DNA of 64,000 nt from an uncultured Spirochaetota bacterium (GTDB lineage: Bacteria; Spirochaetota; Spirochaetia; SZUA-6; Fen-1364): positions 1,792,001 to 1,856,000 of the forward strand of contig CAWGAA010000001.1 in the NCBI GenBank assembly GCA_963820525.1, read 5' to 3'. The translations under genes were made by a program, and so were the position numbers. Shown piece by piece: positions 47,486 to 56,874 of the stretch (positions are counted from its first letter, which is position 1; each line of letters opens with the position of its first letter). The notes beneath the pieces are model-generated. The model was not told the origin of the DNA. It did no database searches and saw only the letters and a list, made by a program, of their open reading frames with translations.

Positions 47486-47878
47486 TCAGCCCTCCTTCAC
47501 CTTCCCGCTTGCGCCGCTGGCGCCGATACCGTTGGAACCCGCATCCGGGCGCAGCCTGTTGATCAGGCTCTCCATCTGGCCCAGGTATTCCATGAGCGCC
47601 CTGCTGCCCTTCTGCGTCAGCCGGACGCTCGTGTTCGGCTTGTTTGCTATGAATTTCTTCATTATCTCCACGTACCCCGCCTCCCCAAGGTTTCGCAGCT
47701 GGATCGAGAGATTGCCGGCGGAGAGCCCTATCGTCTCCTTGAGCACCGTGAACGGCACCGAAGACTGCTGATCCGCGGCCAGGTAGGCGAGGATCATGAG
47801 CCGGGTCCGCTCGTGGATCATCTTGTCCAGCCGCGGCCCCTGCCGCGTGCCGGTCCCCCTATCGCCGGCCTTCCCCAT
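47486..47878 (-). CDS. Winged-helix transcriptional regulator (HTH_34/MarR-like)
   Basis: LDKMIHERTRLMIL..L, GNLSIQLRNL.EAGYV, LTQKG. Confidence 0.85.
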   Translation of the reverse strand: MGKAGDRGTGTRQGPRLDKMIHERTRLMILAYLAADQQSSVPFTVLKETIGLSAGNLSIQLRNLGEAGYVEIMKKFIANKPNTSVRLTQKGSRALMEYLGQMESLINRLRPDAGSNGIGASGASGKVKEG

Positions 47879-48554
47879 TGGACCCTTCTCTCCTCTTCTG
47901 GAGATCAAGCGCCAGGACAAAGGCGATGAAAGCTCCGCCGAAGATGAGCGCGCACCACACCCCGCCGGAAATCCCCGTGAAAAAGAAGCTCAACGCGGCG
48001 GCTGCAATGAGCCAGTAGCCCAGCACGTAGTACGCCGATGTGCGGATGCTCGACCCCAGCATGTTGAGAAGAACACCCATCGTGAGGCCGATCGTTCCGA
48101 TGATGTAGTAGCCTTTTGCCGTAAGGCCCAGATACACCGAGATCGCAAGGCCGATGAGAAGCACGGGTATATAGACATGGAATATGGCCGTGATGAAGAA
48201 CTCCCGGAACACAGCGGCGAAGCGCAGGCGGGGATCGATCCTGTTCAGGGGCCGAAGGATCGCGATGATTTTCATGAGCCCGCCCCATGCGGCCGCCGCC
48301 GCGACGGCCGCGAAAAGCCCCACCTTGATCCCCACGGGAACCGCGGCGAACGAGCCGAACCTGCCGATGAAGAGCTGAAAGGCCAGGGACAGGACAATGA
48401 CTACGACTCCGAAGAGGAGGCTCATCGCGCGGAAGTTCCGCGCCGCGAAGATCTCCCGGAACAAGGGACGGTTCCGCTTCACGGCTTCCTTGATGTACTC
48501 CATGTCCTCGATCAGGCGGGCCACCTCTTTGCTGTTCTTCACGGGAGCGCGCAT
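47859..48554 (-). CDS. Hypothetical multi-pass membrane protein
   Basis: About 6 hydrophobic helices; AAGGAG RBS; first gene of the operon. Confidence 0.75.
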   Translation of the reverse strand: MRAPVKNSKEVARLIEDMEYIKEAVKRNRPLFREIFAARNFRAMSLLFGVVVIVLSLAFQLFIGRFGSFAAVPVGIKVGLFAAVAAAAAWGGLMKIIAILRPLNRIDPRLRFAAVFREFFITAIFHVYIPVLLIGLAISVYLGLTAKGYYIIGTIGLTMGVLLNMLGSSIRTSAYYVLGYWLIAAAALSFFFTGISGGVWCALIFGGAFIAFVLALDLQKRREGSNGEGRR

Positions 48555-48577
48555 GCTTGGATCTCCTTCACAGGAGA

Positions 48578-48606
48578 AATGTATTTTACTTATGTAAACT
48601 TGTCAA
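48578..48606 (-). promoter_or_regulatory. Sigma70 promoter with palindromic operator in the spacer
   Basis: TTGACA-17bp-TACATT; TTTAC-ttat-GTAAA palindrome at 48585-48598. Confidence 0.75.
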
Positions 48607-48815
48607 TAGAATAAACCAGTCTATGAGAAGGACCATGGGGGCTGTCCGGTTGAGCCGCGCTTCGAGAAACTAGCGGGCTACGATTTTGAAATCCAACGGG
48701 CCTCCGGATTCATTTCGGTAATCGAACCAGGAAGATCGTACAATGAGCCTGAACGCTAAGGTTTATAATTATTTATATAGTATAAATTTATTAGCTTCTC
48801 AGGAATCGATGCTTT

Positions 48816-48831
48816 TGGCACGATCATTGTA
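48816..48831 (+). promoter_or_regulatory. Putative sigma-54 (-24/-12) promoter
   Basis: TGGCACG-atca-TTGTA versus consensus TGGCACG-N4-TTGCW, preceded by an AT-rich tract. Confidence 0.6.
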
Positions 48832-48864
48832 ATACATGAGGAGACTCATTCAGGAAGGAGTAAA

Positions 48865-49023
48865 ATGAATCAGGTAAACCCCATGCTCCTTTTTCTCCTC
48901 GCACCCGTCGGGCTGGCCCTCTATTTCTTCGCGGTTCGAGCGATAATAGGCAATGGCCACGAAAAAAGCTCAAAACTGGAGCTCAGGCACCGTTCGAGCG
49001 GTTTTTCAACCCGATCGAATTGA
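48865..49023 (+). CDS. Small single-TM protein (52 aa), below the ORF-track cutoff
   Basis: GAAGGAG RBS, MNQVNPMLLFLLAPVGLALYFFAVRAIIG... TGA at 49021. Confidence 0.55.
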   Translation: MNQVNPMLLFLLAPVGLALYFFAVRAIIGNGHEKSSKLELRHRSSGFSTRSN

Positions 49024-49468
49024 GGATCCTCGCGACAAGCTCGGCGGTCGACGCCAGAAGGTACGCGGATAGAGCCACGTACGCGATATAGCCCCCATAC
49101 CAGAGCTCACGCAGAATCGTGTGATAGTAGATTTCAAAGATTCCCCCCGCGGACAAAAGGACTTGGGCGATGCAGAGCGGCAGGGCCGCTTTCTTCGGCC
49201 TGGCCGCAAGCTCGTAGATGATGATGGGCGCAGGCCATAAGAATGTGATCATCAAGAGCCAGCTCGGGACCGATCCAGCGTCGAAGTCGGTCCACGCATA
49301 ATAGTACGAGTAGGTCTGGGGACCTCGATCCGCCGTCGATTCCGCCTCCTCTGAGCCTGTTTTCCCGTCGTGAGCGCACCGCGAGAGGGGCAACACGAGC
49401 GCAACCAGCAGGAGTGCGGCGGCGGCGTATCTGACGATGCGGGCAGCTTTCAGAACCTTTCTAGTCAT
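48983..49468 (-). CDS. Hypothetical membrane protein
   Basis: About 4 hydrophobic segments; TACAAT -10 box 7 nt before ATG 49468. Confidence 0.65.
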   Translation of the reverse strand: MTRKVLKAARIVRYAAAALLLVALVLPLSRCAHDGKTGSEEAESTADRGPQTYSYYYAWTDFDAGSVPSWLLMITFLWPAPIIIYELAARPKKAALPLCIAQVLLSAGGIFEIYYHTILRELWYGGYIAYVALSAYLLASTAELVARILNSIGLKNRSNGA

Positions 49469-49524
49469 TTTCCGAATTGTAGCTGAATGCAGCGCAAAAT
49501 CAAAGGCCTGGGACACGTGCGAAG

Positions 49525-52205
49525 CTAGCTCAGGACGGTGATCCTGCCCGTTGTGCCGTCCACGCGGATGCGCTGGCCGGTCGCGAGGCGGTTTGCGGCA
49601 TTGCTCACCCCGACAACGGCCGGGATGCCGTACTCCCGCGCCACGACCGACCCGTGAGTCATCATCCCTCCAACTTCCATGACAAGGCCGCCGGCCGCCA
49701 GGAAGAGCGGGGTCCAGGCCGGGTCGGTGCCGGGACACACAAGAATCTCTCCTGGGGCCAGCTGGGCCCGGCTCGGGTCGAGCACCACGCGCACCGCTCC
49801 CTCGACGACCCCGGGGGATACGGGACTCCCCACTATGGCATTGGAGGCTGTACCTCTTCCGGTTCCGGCGCCATCGCCGTTATCGACGGCCTTGTCCGCC
49901 TCCCCGCCTTTGCGGGAAGTGCCCAGAAGGCCCTGCCCGTCTCCGGCGCGAACGCCTTCGTAGAAGGAGGTGCCGTCGCTCAAAAGAACGCGGGGAACCA
50001 TGCGGCGGCGCTTCTCCCGCAGGTAATGCAGCTTGCGCTCGACAATGAGAGCCTTCCACTCCCGTCGATTCCCCTCGGCGATTGCCTGCAGATCGGTCAG
50101 GCGAAGAAAGAAGATGTCGTTTGGCGATTCGATCGCGCCCTGTGCCGCGAGCTCGCGGCCCGTGGCGAGAAGCGCTTCGCGGCAGCAGGTCATTGCCCTG
50201 ACCGCGGCAAACTTGGGGCTCTCCCGCAGGCCCGTAAGCTCGCGAATCCGCCGGATGAGCCAGCGCGCGCGCCGGGCCCGGGCATCGCCGCGGGGCCGCA
50301 ATTTCAGCTGCTCGACCAGTCGCTGTCCCGCCGACGCTGCCGAGGCCGCTCCGCGCCGGAAAACGGCGGCCGGGGTGCGGCTTTCATCCGTGATGAGCAC
50401 GTAGCTCTTCAGGGCTTGAAAGAGCGATGCGGGCTCCTCCCGCCAACGCGGCCTGCCCATGTCGATCTCGGCGACGCCGCGCATTCCATAGCGGTCCATG
50501 AAAAGCGAGACGACGCGCTGCGCCTCGCTCGGCAGCTTTCCCCCGAGATACTCGGCGGCGAGCGCGGCGGCATCGGCGGAAGCGAAGAGCCTCAGAGACT
50601 CGGAATCCGCCTGAATGCAGCGCGCCGTTTCCCAGAGAACCAGGTCCATCTCCGTGGTCACGTTATGGGCGAGGCCGCGGGTGAGCTCCAGCACCATGCG
50701 CTGCGCGTCGGGAAGGTCTCTGCACATCGCGGAAAGGAGCTCGAAAGGCGCAACGCCACAGGCGACGGTGGGGATGAGCCTCCCGATGAAGAGGGACGGA
50801 ATGCGGCCCATCATCCTCTCCATCACGGCGAGACGAGCCGCCAGGCTTTCCGCCCCGGCGAAATCGGCGGACACGCGGCAGACAAAATCCTCAAGCGCGC
50901 GCTGAAGCCGAAAGCGGTTCGCGGCGTCATTCGACGGTCCAGCGCGGCAAGCCTCGGGTCGGCGAGAAGTGATTCCACGGCCCGCCTGCTCCCCGGGTCG
51001 ATGGCAGAGAGATAGATGTTTAAAAAGGCGCGCCCTCTTTTGTTCCTGAAGAGATTCGTGAAATTGAGGAAGAGACGTCCTCCCGCCTCGATCATGGCGC
51101 GCTGCGTCTCAGCCGTGCGGCGGAGCCCGAAGATCCTTCCCAGCGCCGCCATCATCATGCGAAAGCCGTCCATCCCGAAGGGCGTGAAGGGATCCAGCAT
51201 GCCCTGAACCGAGCCGAGGGAGAAAAGCGCCAGGAGCTCGTCATGCGGCGCCCCCTCGGGAAGCGGGTACAGGGAGGTGATGGGACGCGATTGAACGACG
51301 AACAGCTGCCCCCCCGCCCCTGCCCACTCCATGTCCTGGGGCGAGCCGAAGTGCCTCTCGGCCAGGCGCCCCAACCGATCGAGCTCCAGGATCTGCCCGT
51401 CGGAGAGCGCCTGCACGACGCCCGCCGGCTCGCTCACGATTTCCGTGCCGCCCCCGTTTTTCCCCCGGACCGAGACGACCTTCGTTCCCAACCTCTTGTC
51501 GATGATGCGCCCGCGTTGAACGACATAGTGGTCGGGGTCCACCCGTCCCGAGACCAGCGCTTCTCCCAGGCCGACAGTGGCATCGATCACGGTCTGGTCT
51601 CGTTCACCCGTGAGGGGGTTGGCGGTGAAAAGCACTCCCGAGGCTTCGCTTTCCACCATCCGCTGAACCACCACGGCGAGGGCGGTCCCTTCATGTTCGA
51701 TCCCGTTTCGAGCGCGATAGCCGATTGCGCGCGCGGTCCAGAGGCTCGCCCAGCAGCTGCGCACGGCGTCCAGAAGCGCCTGCGAACCCACCACGTTGAG
51801 GTAGGTGTCCTGCTGACCGGCGAAGGAGAGGTCGGGGAGGTCTTCGGCGGTGGCGGAAGACCGGACGGCCACCGCAGCGGATACCCTGGACAGCGTCGCA
51901 TACTCCCGCTGGATCTCCCGGGCAAGCTCAGGCGGGATGGAGCCGGCCTGGAAGCGTGAGCGGATCTCTCGGGACGACTCTTCGAGAGCCGCGGGATCAT
52001 CAGGGCGCGCGGATTCCAGCGCCTGGCGGATCTCGAAATCGAGCCGGCTCGCCGCGACGAACTCCCGGTAGCCTTCCGTCGTGACGGTGAATCCCGGAGG
52101 GACCTTCATGCCGGCTCGAATGAGCTCTCCCAGGTTGGCGGCCTTTCCGCCGGCGGCCGGCAGATCCTCTTTCGCAAGGGCATTCAGGGGCACGGTGAAT
52201 CTCAT
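49525..52205 (-). pseudogene. PEP-synthase-like / rifampin phosphotransferase-like protein, frameshifted near 50900-50915
   Basis: PPDK_N GGKAANLGEL, AVRSSATAED, SFAGQQDT, QSRPIT in the upstream frame; EIDMGRPRWRE and TDPAWTPLF...MTHGSVVAREYG in the downstream frame. Confidence 0.85.
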
Positions 52206-52225
52206 CGGCTCTCCTTGGTTTCTGC

Positions 52226-52846
52226 TCAGCGCGCGTCGATGCCGCGGAAGTATATTTCCAGGAGCGAAGAGGCCGCCTGTTCCGGCGAGCGGGCCCGCTC
52301 ACCCGTGAGGTAGGCCATCGCGAAGGTGCCCTGGACCATTGTCATGAATACCCTCGCCGCTTCCACCGGGTCCACGGAGCGGAAGGAGCCCTGGCTGATT
52401 CCGCCCTCGATGGCCTCCACAAGCAGTTTCATGTATTCCCTGAGGAATCTGTTGAGGCCCGCCCTCATGCGCTCGCGCCCGCTGGGCACCTCGCGCCTGA
52501 CCACCTGGAGGATGTCTGCGGACTGAAAGAGGAAGCGGGCGGTCTGCTCCGCGACCACGCAGACGCGGCGTCGAGGGGCCCGTTCCGCCTGGATCGCGGA
52601 GAGGGCTCTGCCCATGAGGGCGATATTCCCGTCGAGGATCGCCGTTATGATGGACAGCTTATCGGGGAAGTGGTGATAGATCGTTGCCTTGCCAATTCCC
52701 GCCTCTTCTGCGAGCTGTCGCATGGAGGTGGCTGTGTATCCCTGCTTGATGAAAAGCTCCCGGGCAACCTTGAGTATCCCGTCTTTCGTATTCGACGTCA
52801 CTGCATTCTTCTCTCGACCGACCGGTCGGTCGAGAGAAGAATCCAA
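52226..52846 (-). CDS. TetR family transcriptional regulator
   Basis: ILKVARELFIKQGYTATSMRQLAEEAGIGKATIYHHFPDK; start uncertain (TTG 52846 or GTG near 52801). Confidence 0.93.
   Translation of the reverse strand: MDSSLDRPVGREKNAVTSNTKDGILKVARELFIKQGYTATSMRQLAEEAGIGKATIYHHFPDKLSIITAILDGNIALMGRALSAIQAERAPRRRVCVVAEQTARFLFQSADILQVVRREVPSGRERMRAGLNRFLREYMKLLVEAIEGGISQGSFRSVDPVEAARVFMTMVQGTFAMAYLTGERARSPEQAASSLLEIYFRGIDAR
52805..52842. repeat. Perfect 38-bp palindrome, probable TetR operator
   Basis: ATTCTTCTCTCGACCGACC|GGTCGGTCGAGAGAAGAAT. Confidence 0.9.
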
Positions 52847-52939
52847 TTATTCCCTCCCCTCATGTCAAGCGGCGTCGGTGCGCGCGGTCACAAGGGGCCG
52901 CCGCTCTTTAGCGCCCGGCCCCGTTCGTCCTTTCCCGGC

Positions 52940-53572
52940 TCAGCCGTTCGAGTAGCTGATGAAGAGCTGGGCCTGACCGATGATCTTTCCCTGCATCGCC
53001 GCCTTGAGCTCATCGAGGCTGTAGCCGTTTTGCAGGCCCGTCGGAGCCGAGAGGGCATACACCGTCAAGCGGTAGATGTGGATCAGGGGCCTCTTCGCGT
53101 CCTTTGGAAAGTCCGAGGGAGGCTGAGGCGCCGTGTAGCCCGGCATGCCCGCCCCGTTCTTTCCCTGGACGAAAGGCGGGTTTCCGGCCGAGGCGTTGTC
53201 CGCAAGACCGCCGAGGGCGGGATCGATGTCGGCCGCGGTCCAATGGAGAAATGCATCGGCTTTGATGCCGTATGAGGCGAGAACCAGACGCGCATCGGGG
53301 TCGTCAAGGATCAGAGCCAGGGCCTTGGTTCCGGCAGGCACATTCTGCCAGGAGAAGGGGAAGGACCTCGGGTTCCTGGGACCCTTGTCCTTGGCCGCGT
53401 ACATCGGGTCCAACCGGCCTGCGGATTTCAACCCGCTGTCGAAGCCGATCTCGGACGGCCCCGTGACGGCCGGGGAAGAGAGAGAGAAAGAGCCGCTCTG
53501 CGCACCCAGGGAAGCGGCGGCGAACAACACGATACCTCCAAGGAGAGGCAGCTTGACCGTGAAGAATCTCAC
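52940..53572 (-). CDS. YbhB/YbcL (PEBP) family secreted protein
   Basis: Signal peptide; WQNVPAGTKALALILDDPDA, FLHW, GY.APQPP, HIYRLTVYAL; GTG after GAGGAGG. Confidence 0.88.
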   Translation of the reverse strand: MRFFTVKLPLLGGIVLFAAASLGAQSGSFSLSSPAVTGPSEIGFDSGLKSAGRLDPMYAAKDKGPRNPRSFPFSWQNVPAGTKALALILDDPDARLVLASYGIKADAFLHWTAADIDPALGGLADNASAGNPPFVQGKNGAGMPGYTAPQPPSDFPKDAKRPLIHIYRLTVYALSAPTGLQNGYSLDELKAAMQGKIIGQAQLFISYSNG

Positions 53573-53691
53573 TGAAACCTCCTCAAGAGAAATGAAAAGA
53601 GTGATGTCATGTGAGCTAAGGTACATACGGCGTTCGACTCCGGCAAACGCCGCCGAGGATCAGGGCGGATCGTGCAGGCCGCCGACCCCCG

Positions 53692-54210
53692 TCACTTCAG
53701 GTTTTTGCAGAAGTCCACCGCTTCGTTGAGGAGGGCCGCGCTCGCGACGTCTCCCCTGCAGCGGACGCTGGTATTCCTGAACTTGCGCACGACAACGAAA
53801 GTAAGGGAGGGCGCTGCTTCCGGATCCGTATAATCCAGGCTTTTCCCGATGAAGAGAAAGCCGTCGGTAAGTTTCTCCTGCTTGTCGATCTCGGTCCATA
53901 CAAAGGCAAGATCCAGCCAGTCTTTCTTCATCAGGTTGGCAGCGTAATCGTCGAATGTTCCCGCTTCGTCGTCGCTGACCGCATCGACATAGAATTCGCT
54001 GGTTACATCCTCGCCGTCTCCGGAGGTCGTGTTCTTCTCAAAAGTCCAGGAGTTCATCTCCTCATCGTAGGTCCCATCCCAGCCCTTGAACGAAGATTGG
54101 ATCTTGGCGACGTTGATCGCGTTGGGACCCGCAAGAGCCACCTGCGCGCAAACAAGACCGAAGGGGAGAAGGAAAAGAACAGCCAGGGATTGCTTCACGG
54201 ATCTGGTCAT
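53692..54210 (-). CDS. Hypothetical secreted acidic protein
   Basis: Signal peptide, GGAGG upstream, promoter TTGACA-17bp-TAGTGT (54268-54240). Confidence 0.65.
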   Translation of the reverse strand: MTRSVKQSLAVLFLLPFGLVCAQVALAGPNAINVAKIQSSFKGWDGTYDEEMNSWTFEKNTTSGDGEDVTSEFYVDAVSDDEAGTFDDYAANLMKKDWLDLAFVWTEIDKQEKLTDGFLFIGKSLDYTDPEAAPSLTFVVVRKFRNTSVRCRGDVASAALLNEAVDFCKNLK

Positions 54211-54376
54211 AAGACTTTGCGCCTCCCGATGACATGCCAACACTATTTGGCCGCAAATCCTTTGTCAAGCAAGAAATACACGCGTCCTTTGGGCACGCGC
54301 AGGTGACCCCAGAGACGACGCTCGCATAGACATTCCATGGAGCAGGCTTGCCTCATGACATTTTCATGGCGATTTT

Positions 54377-54396
54377 TTAATTGTCCGGTCAATTAA
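54377..54396. promoter_or_regulatory. Near-perfect 20-bp palindrome, TetR-type operator candidate
   Basis: TTAATTGTCCGGTCAATTAA (one mismatch). Confidence 0.55.
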
Positions 54397-54400
54397 TGGA

Positions 54401-54685
54401 TTGAACCTTCCCGAGGTCATCCACGATCCTTCGGCCGCGCCGCTCGCGCTTTCCGCGATCGAGGAAGTCACCTCGTTCCTCACGGAGTATCTCTCCGCGA
54501 AGATGGACCGCGGGGAGCTTTGCAAGGCCGACGCCGGCCTTGCCGCGCACCTCTTGCTGGGCGGAGTCATGGATATCGTCCTGCGCCGCGGGATCATCCG
54601 CGACCCGACGGTTCTCGGCTACTCGCACGAACAGATCGCGCAGAGCGTCATCACGACGACGCTGCCCGGGTTGATTCCACGATGA
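54401..54685 (+). pseudogene. C-terminal fragment of a TetR-like regulator lacking the HTH
   Basis: LTEYLSAKMDRGEL..ADAGLAAHLLLG resembles TetR C-terminal helices; no RBS or N-terminal domain. Confidence 0.55.
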
Positions 54686-54756
54686 GCTCTTTCATGGACA
54701 AGGATTACCCGGCCGGCCCATTGCCGGCCCGGCATTGTTTCGAGGAGGTTTCTTGA

Positions 54757-55221
54757 ATGAGTGCGATCCTCATCTTGATCATCATCGCCGTCCTTCTGAA
54801 CGGCACACTCGCCGGAGGCAGTCTCGATACTGCAATCGTCAAGCTGCCGGCCCGCAAGCGCATCGGCTCCCGCGCCTACGCCGCTTTCGCACGCGGAAAC
54901 GATCTGGGAAACGGAGCAATAGTCTACCCGATCTGGGCCGTATGCGCGGCGCTTCTGGTTTTCGCCGCGACCGCCATCGCCTACGCCGCTCGATCAAGCG
55001 GGCCGCTCCTGCCTCTTTCAGTCGCCTCGACTGCGAGCATCATCCATTTTATCGCCACGAGCCGAGCCGCTCCCGTTATGCTCAGCCTGCGCAGCGCTCC
55101 GGATGACGAGGCTGTCCTGGAAGGCAAGCTGGACACGTTCGCCCGTTGGCACTCAGTTCGAATGGCCTTTCAGGTCATTGCCTTCGCGGCTTTGCTGTGG
55201 GCGCTGGTCGCTGCCCGCTGA
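54757..55221 (+). CDS. DUF1772/anthrone oxygenase-like membrane protein
   Basis: 4 TM, AAPVM, FARWHSVR motif; GAGGAGG RBS. Confidence 0.7.
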   Translation: MSAILILIIIAVLLNGTLAGGSLDTAIVKLPARKRIGSRAYAAFARGNDLGNGAIVYPIWAVCAALLVFAATAIAYAARSSGPLLPLSVASTASIIHFIATSRAAPVMLSLRSAPDDEAVLEGKLDTFARWHSVRMAFQVIAFAALLWALVAAR

Positions 55222-55372
55222 ACACTGGAGGAACCATGTTGCACCTCATATCTGGTTGCGGGGTTTTTCGGGATCGCGCTCGCGGCCGCGAGCAGAGAGG
55301 CCTTCGCCGCCGCGATGACAAAGGACTGAAGCGCAAGGATCCGGGAGCGCACCTATCCCGGCTGCGGCCTTG

Positions 55373-55954
55373 TCATTCGTATTGCATTCTCACCATGGGA
55401 TAATCGGCCCAGGCGCTGTCTCTGTCCTTTTCTTGAATATACTTGGTTGCCTCTTCATCTCGCCAGGAAGAATCGAGCTTAACCTCATAATTCCACATGC
55501 TGGCCATCCGGGAATCCTTTCCGGATTTGTAGTCGCCGGCTTTCGGACGTTGATAGGTGACCATCATATGGCTGAGGTAGATAATCTTCCCTCCCTGGCT
55601 GGGAATCCTGATCTTCAAAGGAACGGGGCCAATGCTGTATTCCCCATTCACATCTTTCTCCGTATATTCAAAGCTCTCCACGCGATATTCGTCCGCTCCA
55701 TTCGTCGAGAACTTGAAATATCCATCCGATGTAATGAGGCTCTGTTTTTCCTTTGTCGTGTCATTGACTACGACAATGACGATACCGGAACGCACGAGAG
55801 CTTTCCCTTTATTGAAGAACCCGTCGGGAAAATTGAGCAAAAGGTTCCCGATCACAAGAGAATCGCTCTCCCCTCGAGGTTTTGGAAAACCTGCGCAGGA
55901 AAGAATGCCCAAGAGCAGGAACCCGCAAAGAATAATAGAAAATGATCGCTTCAT
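55373..55954 (-). CDS. Hypothetical lipoprotein
   Basis: Lipobox ILS-C after hydrophobic signal; AAGGAG RBS; lower GC than flanks. Confidence 0.75.
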   Translation of the reverse strand: MKRSFSIILCGFLLLGILSCAGFPKPRGESDSLVIGNLLLNFPDGFFNKGKALVRSGIVIVVVNDTTKEKQSLITSDGYFKFSTNGADEYRVESFEYTEKDVNGEYSIGPVPLKIRIPSQGGKIIYLSHMMVTYQRPKAGDYKSGKDSRMASMWNYEVKLDSSWRDEEATKYIQEKDRDSAWADYPMVRMQYE

Positions 55955-56069
55955 CCTGATTTATCTCCTTATTCTTTCGCTCGCTTATTATATCACAGCC
56001 AGCGCGCCACGGCGTGCCTTTCCGCGGACCTTTCACCCTCCGCCCTTCGGGAATCAATATATTTGGAAC

Positions 56070-56339
56070 ATGACGGTCTCGGCGAATGAGGCGTGCGTAC
56101 ATCTCGCCCAGATCCGCGAGGTGACGCCACGGAGCGATGGATGCGAGGAATGTCTCGCCATGGGAGACTCATGGGTGCACCTGCGGCTGTGCCTGATCTG
56201 CGGGCATGTCGGCTGCTGCGACTCGTCGCGGAACAAGCACGCCACCAAACATTACAGAAAGACGGGGCACCCGATCATGAAATCCATGGAGCCGGGTGAA
56301 GACTGGCGCTGGTGCTATGTAGACGAATCGATCGTTTAG
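56070..56339 (+). CDS. Stand-alone UBP-type zinc finger protein
   Basis: C.H...GCEECL...WVHLRLCLICGHVGCCDSS.NKHATKH...HP...EPGEDWRWCYVD. Confidence 0.9.
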   Translation: MTVSANEACVHLAQIREVTPRSDGCEECLAMGDSWVHLRLCLICGHVGCCDSSRNKHATKHYRKTGHPIMKSMEPGEDWRWCYVDESIV

Positions 56340-56366
56340 GATCGCGCAGGAAGGAGATATTGTTCC

Positions 56367-56582
56367 ATGAAATCCGTCGTTAGGATTCTTGCAGACGTTG
56401 TCGGAGCCCTCTTGATCCTCATTGGCGCCGTATGGGCGCTTCAGGGAATGAGCGTGCTCAACTACGGCTTCATGGCGGGCCACAGGCGGTACATCCTCAT
56501 TGGCGCCGTCGTGGGCATCGTGGGCATCGTGCTCATCATTCTCGCCAACAGGCGGAAAAAAGCCCTCGGCACCTCGACGTAA
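56367..56582 (+). CDS. Small 2-TM membrane protein
   Basis: AAGGAG RBS; GAVWALQG...FM.G pattern; two hydrophobic helices. Confidence 0.75.
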   Translation: MKSVVRILADVVGALLILIGAVWALQGMSVLNYGFMAGHRRYILIGAVVGIVGIVLIILANRRKKALGTST

Positions 56583-56874
56583 GCCCGGGGCCGGCAAGCC
56601 GGAGCGCGGCGGCATCGTGCCCATGACGCCGACCGCGCTGCCGAGGGGCTTGACGAGCGCGCTCTGATACCCGCCCCCGAGCAGTTTCATGATGAAGCCG
56701 CTTCCCTCCGCCGGGTCTCCCGCGGCGGGGAGGGTGATCACGGCGCTGAGGGCAACGCGTGCGATCTCGCTCAGGGGCCGCACGGAGATTGCATGGTCGA
56801 TGTCCCGCATTCCCTCCCGCTCTTCTTGTCGACTCCCACATCCGGCCACCCGTATATTAACTGTAGAGGAACAC

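Noticed and set aside
56583..56810. Minus-strand ORF with GGAGGG RBS, faintly like a dicarboxylate symporter C-terminus
   Set aside because: Similarity too weak by eye and the frame runs antisense through two better-supported genes; at most a decayed remnant
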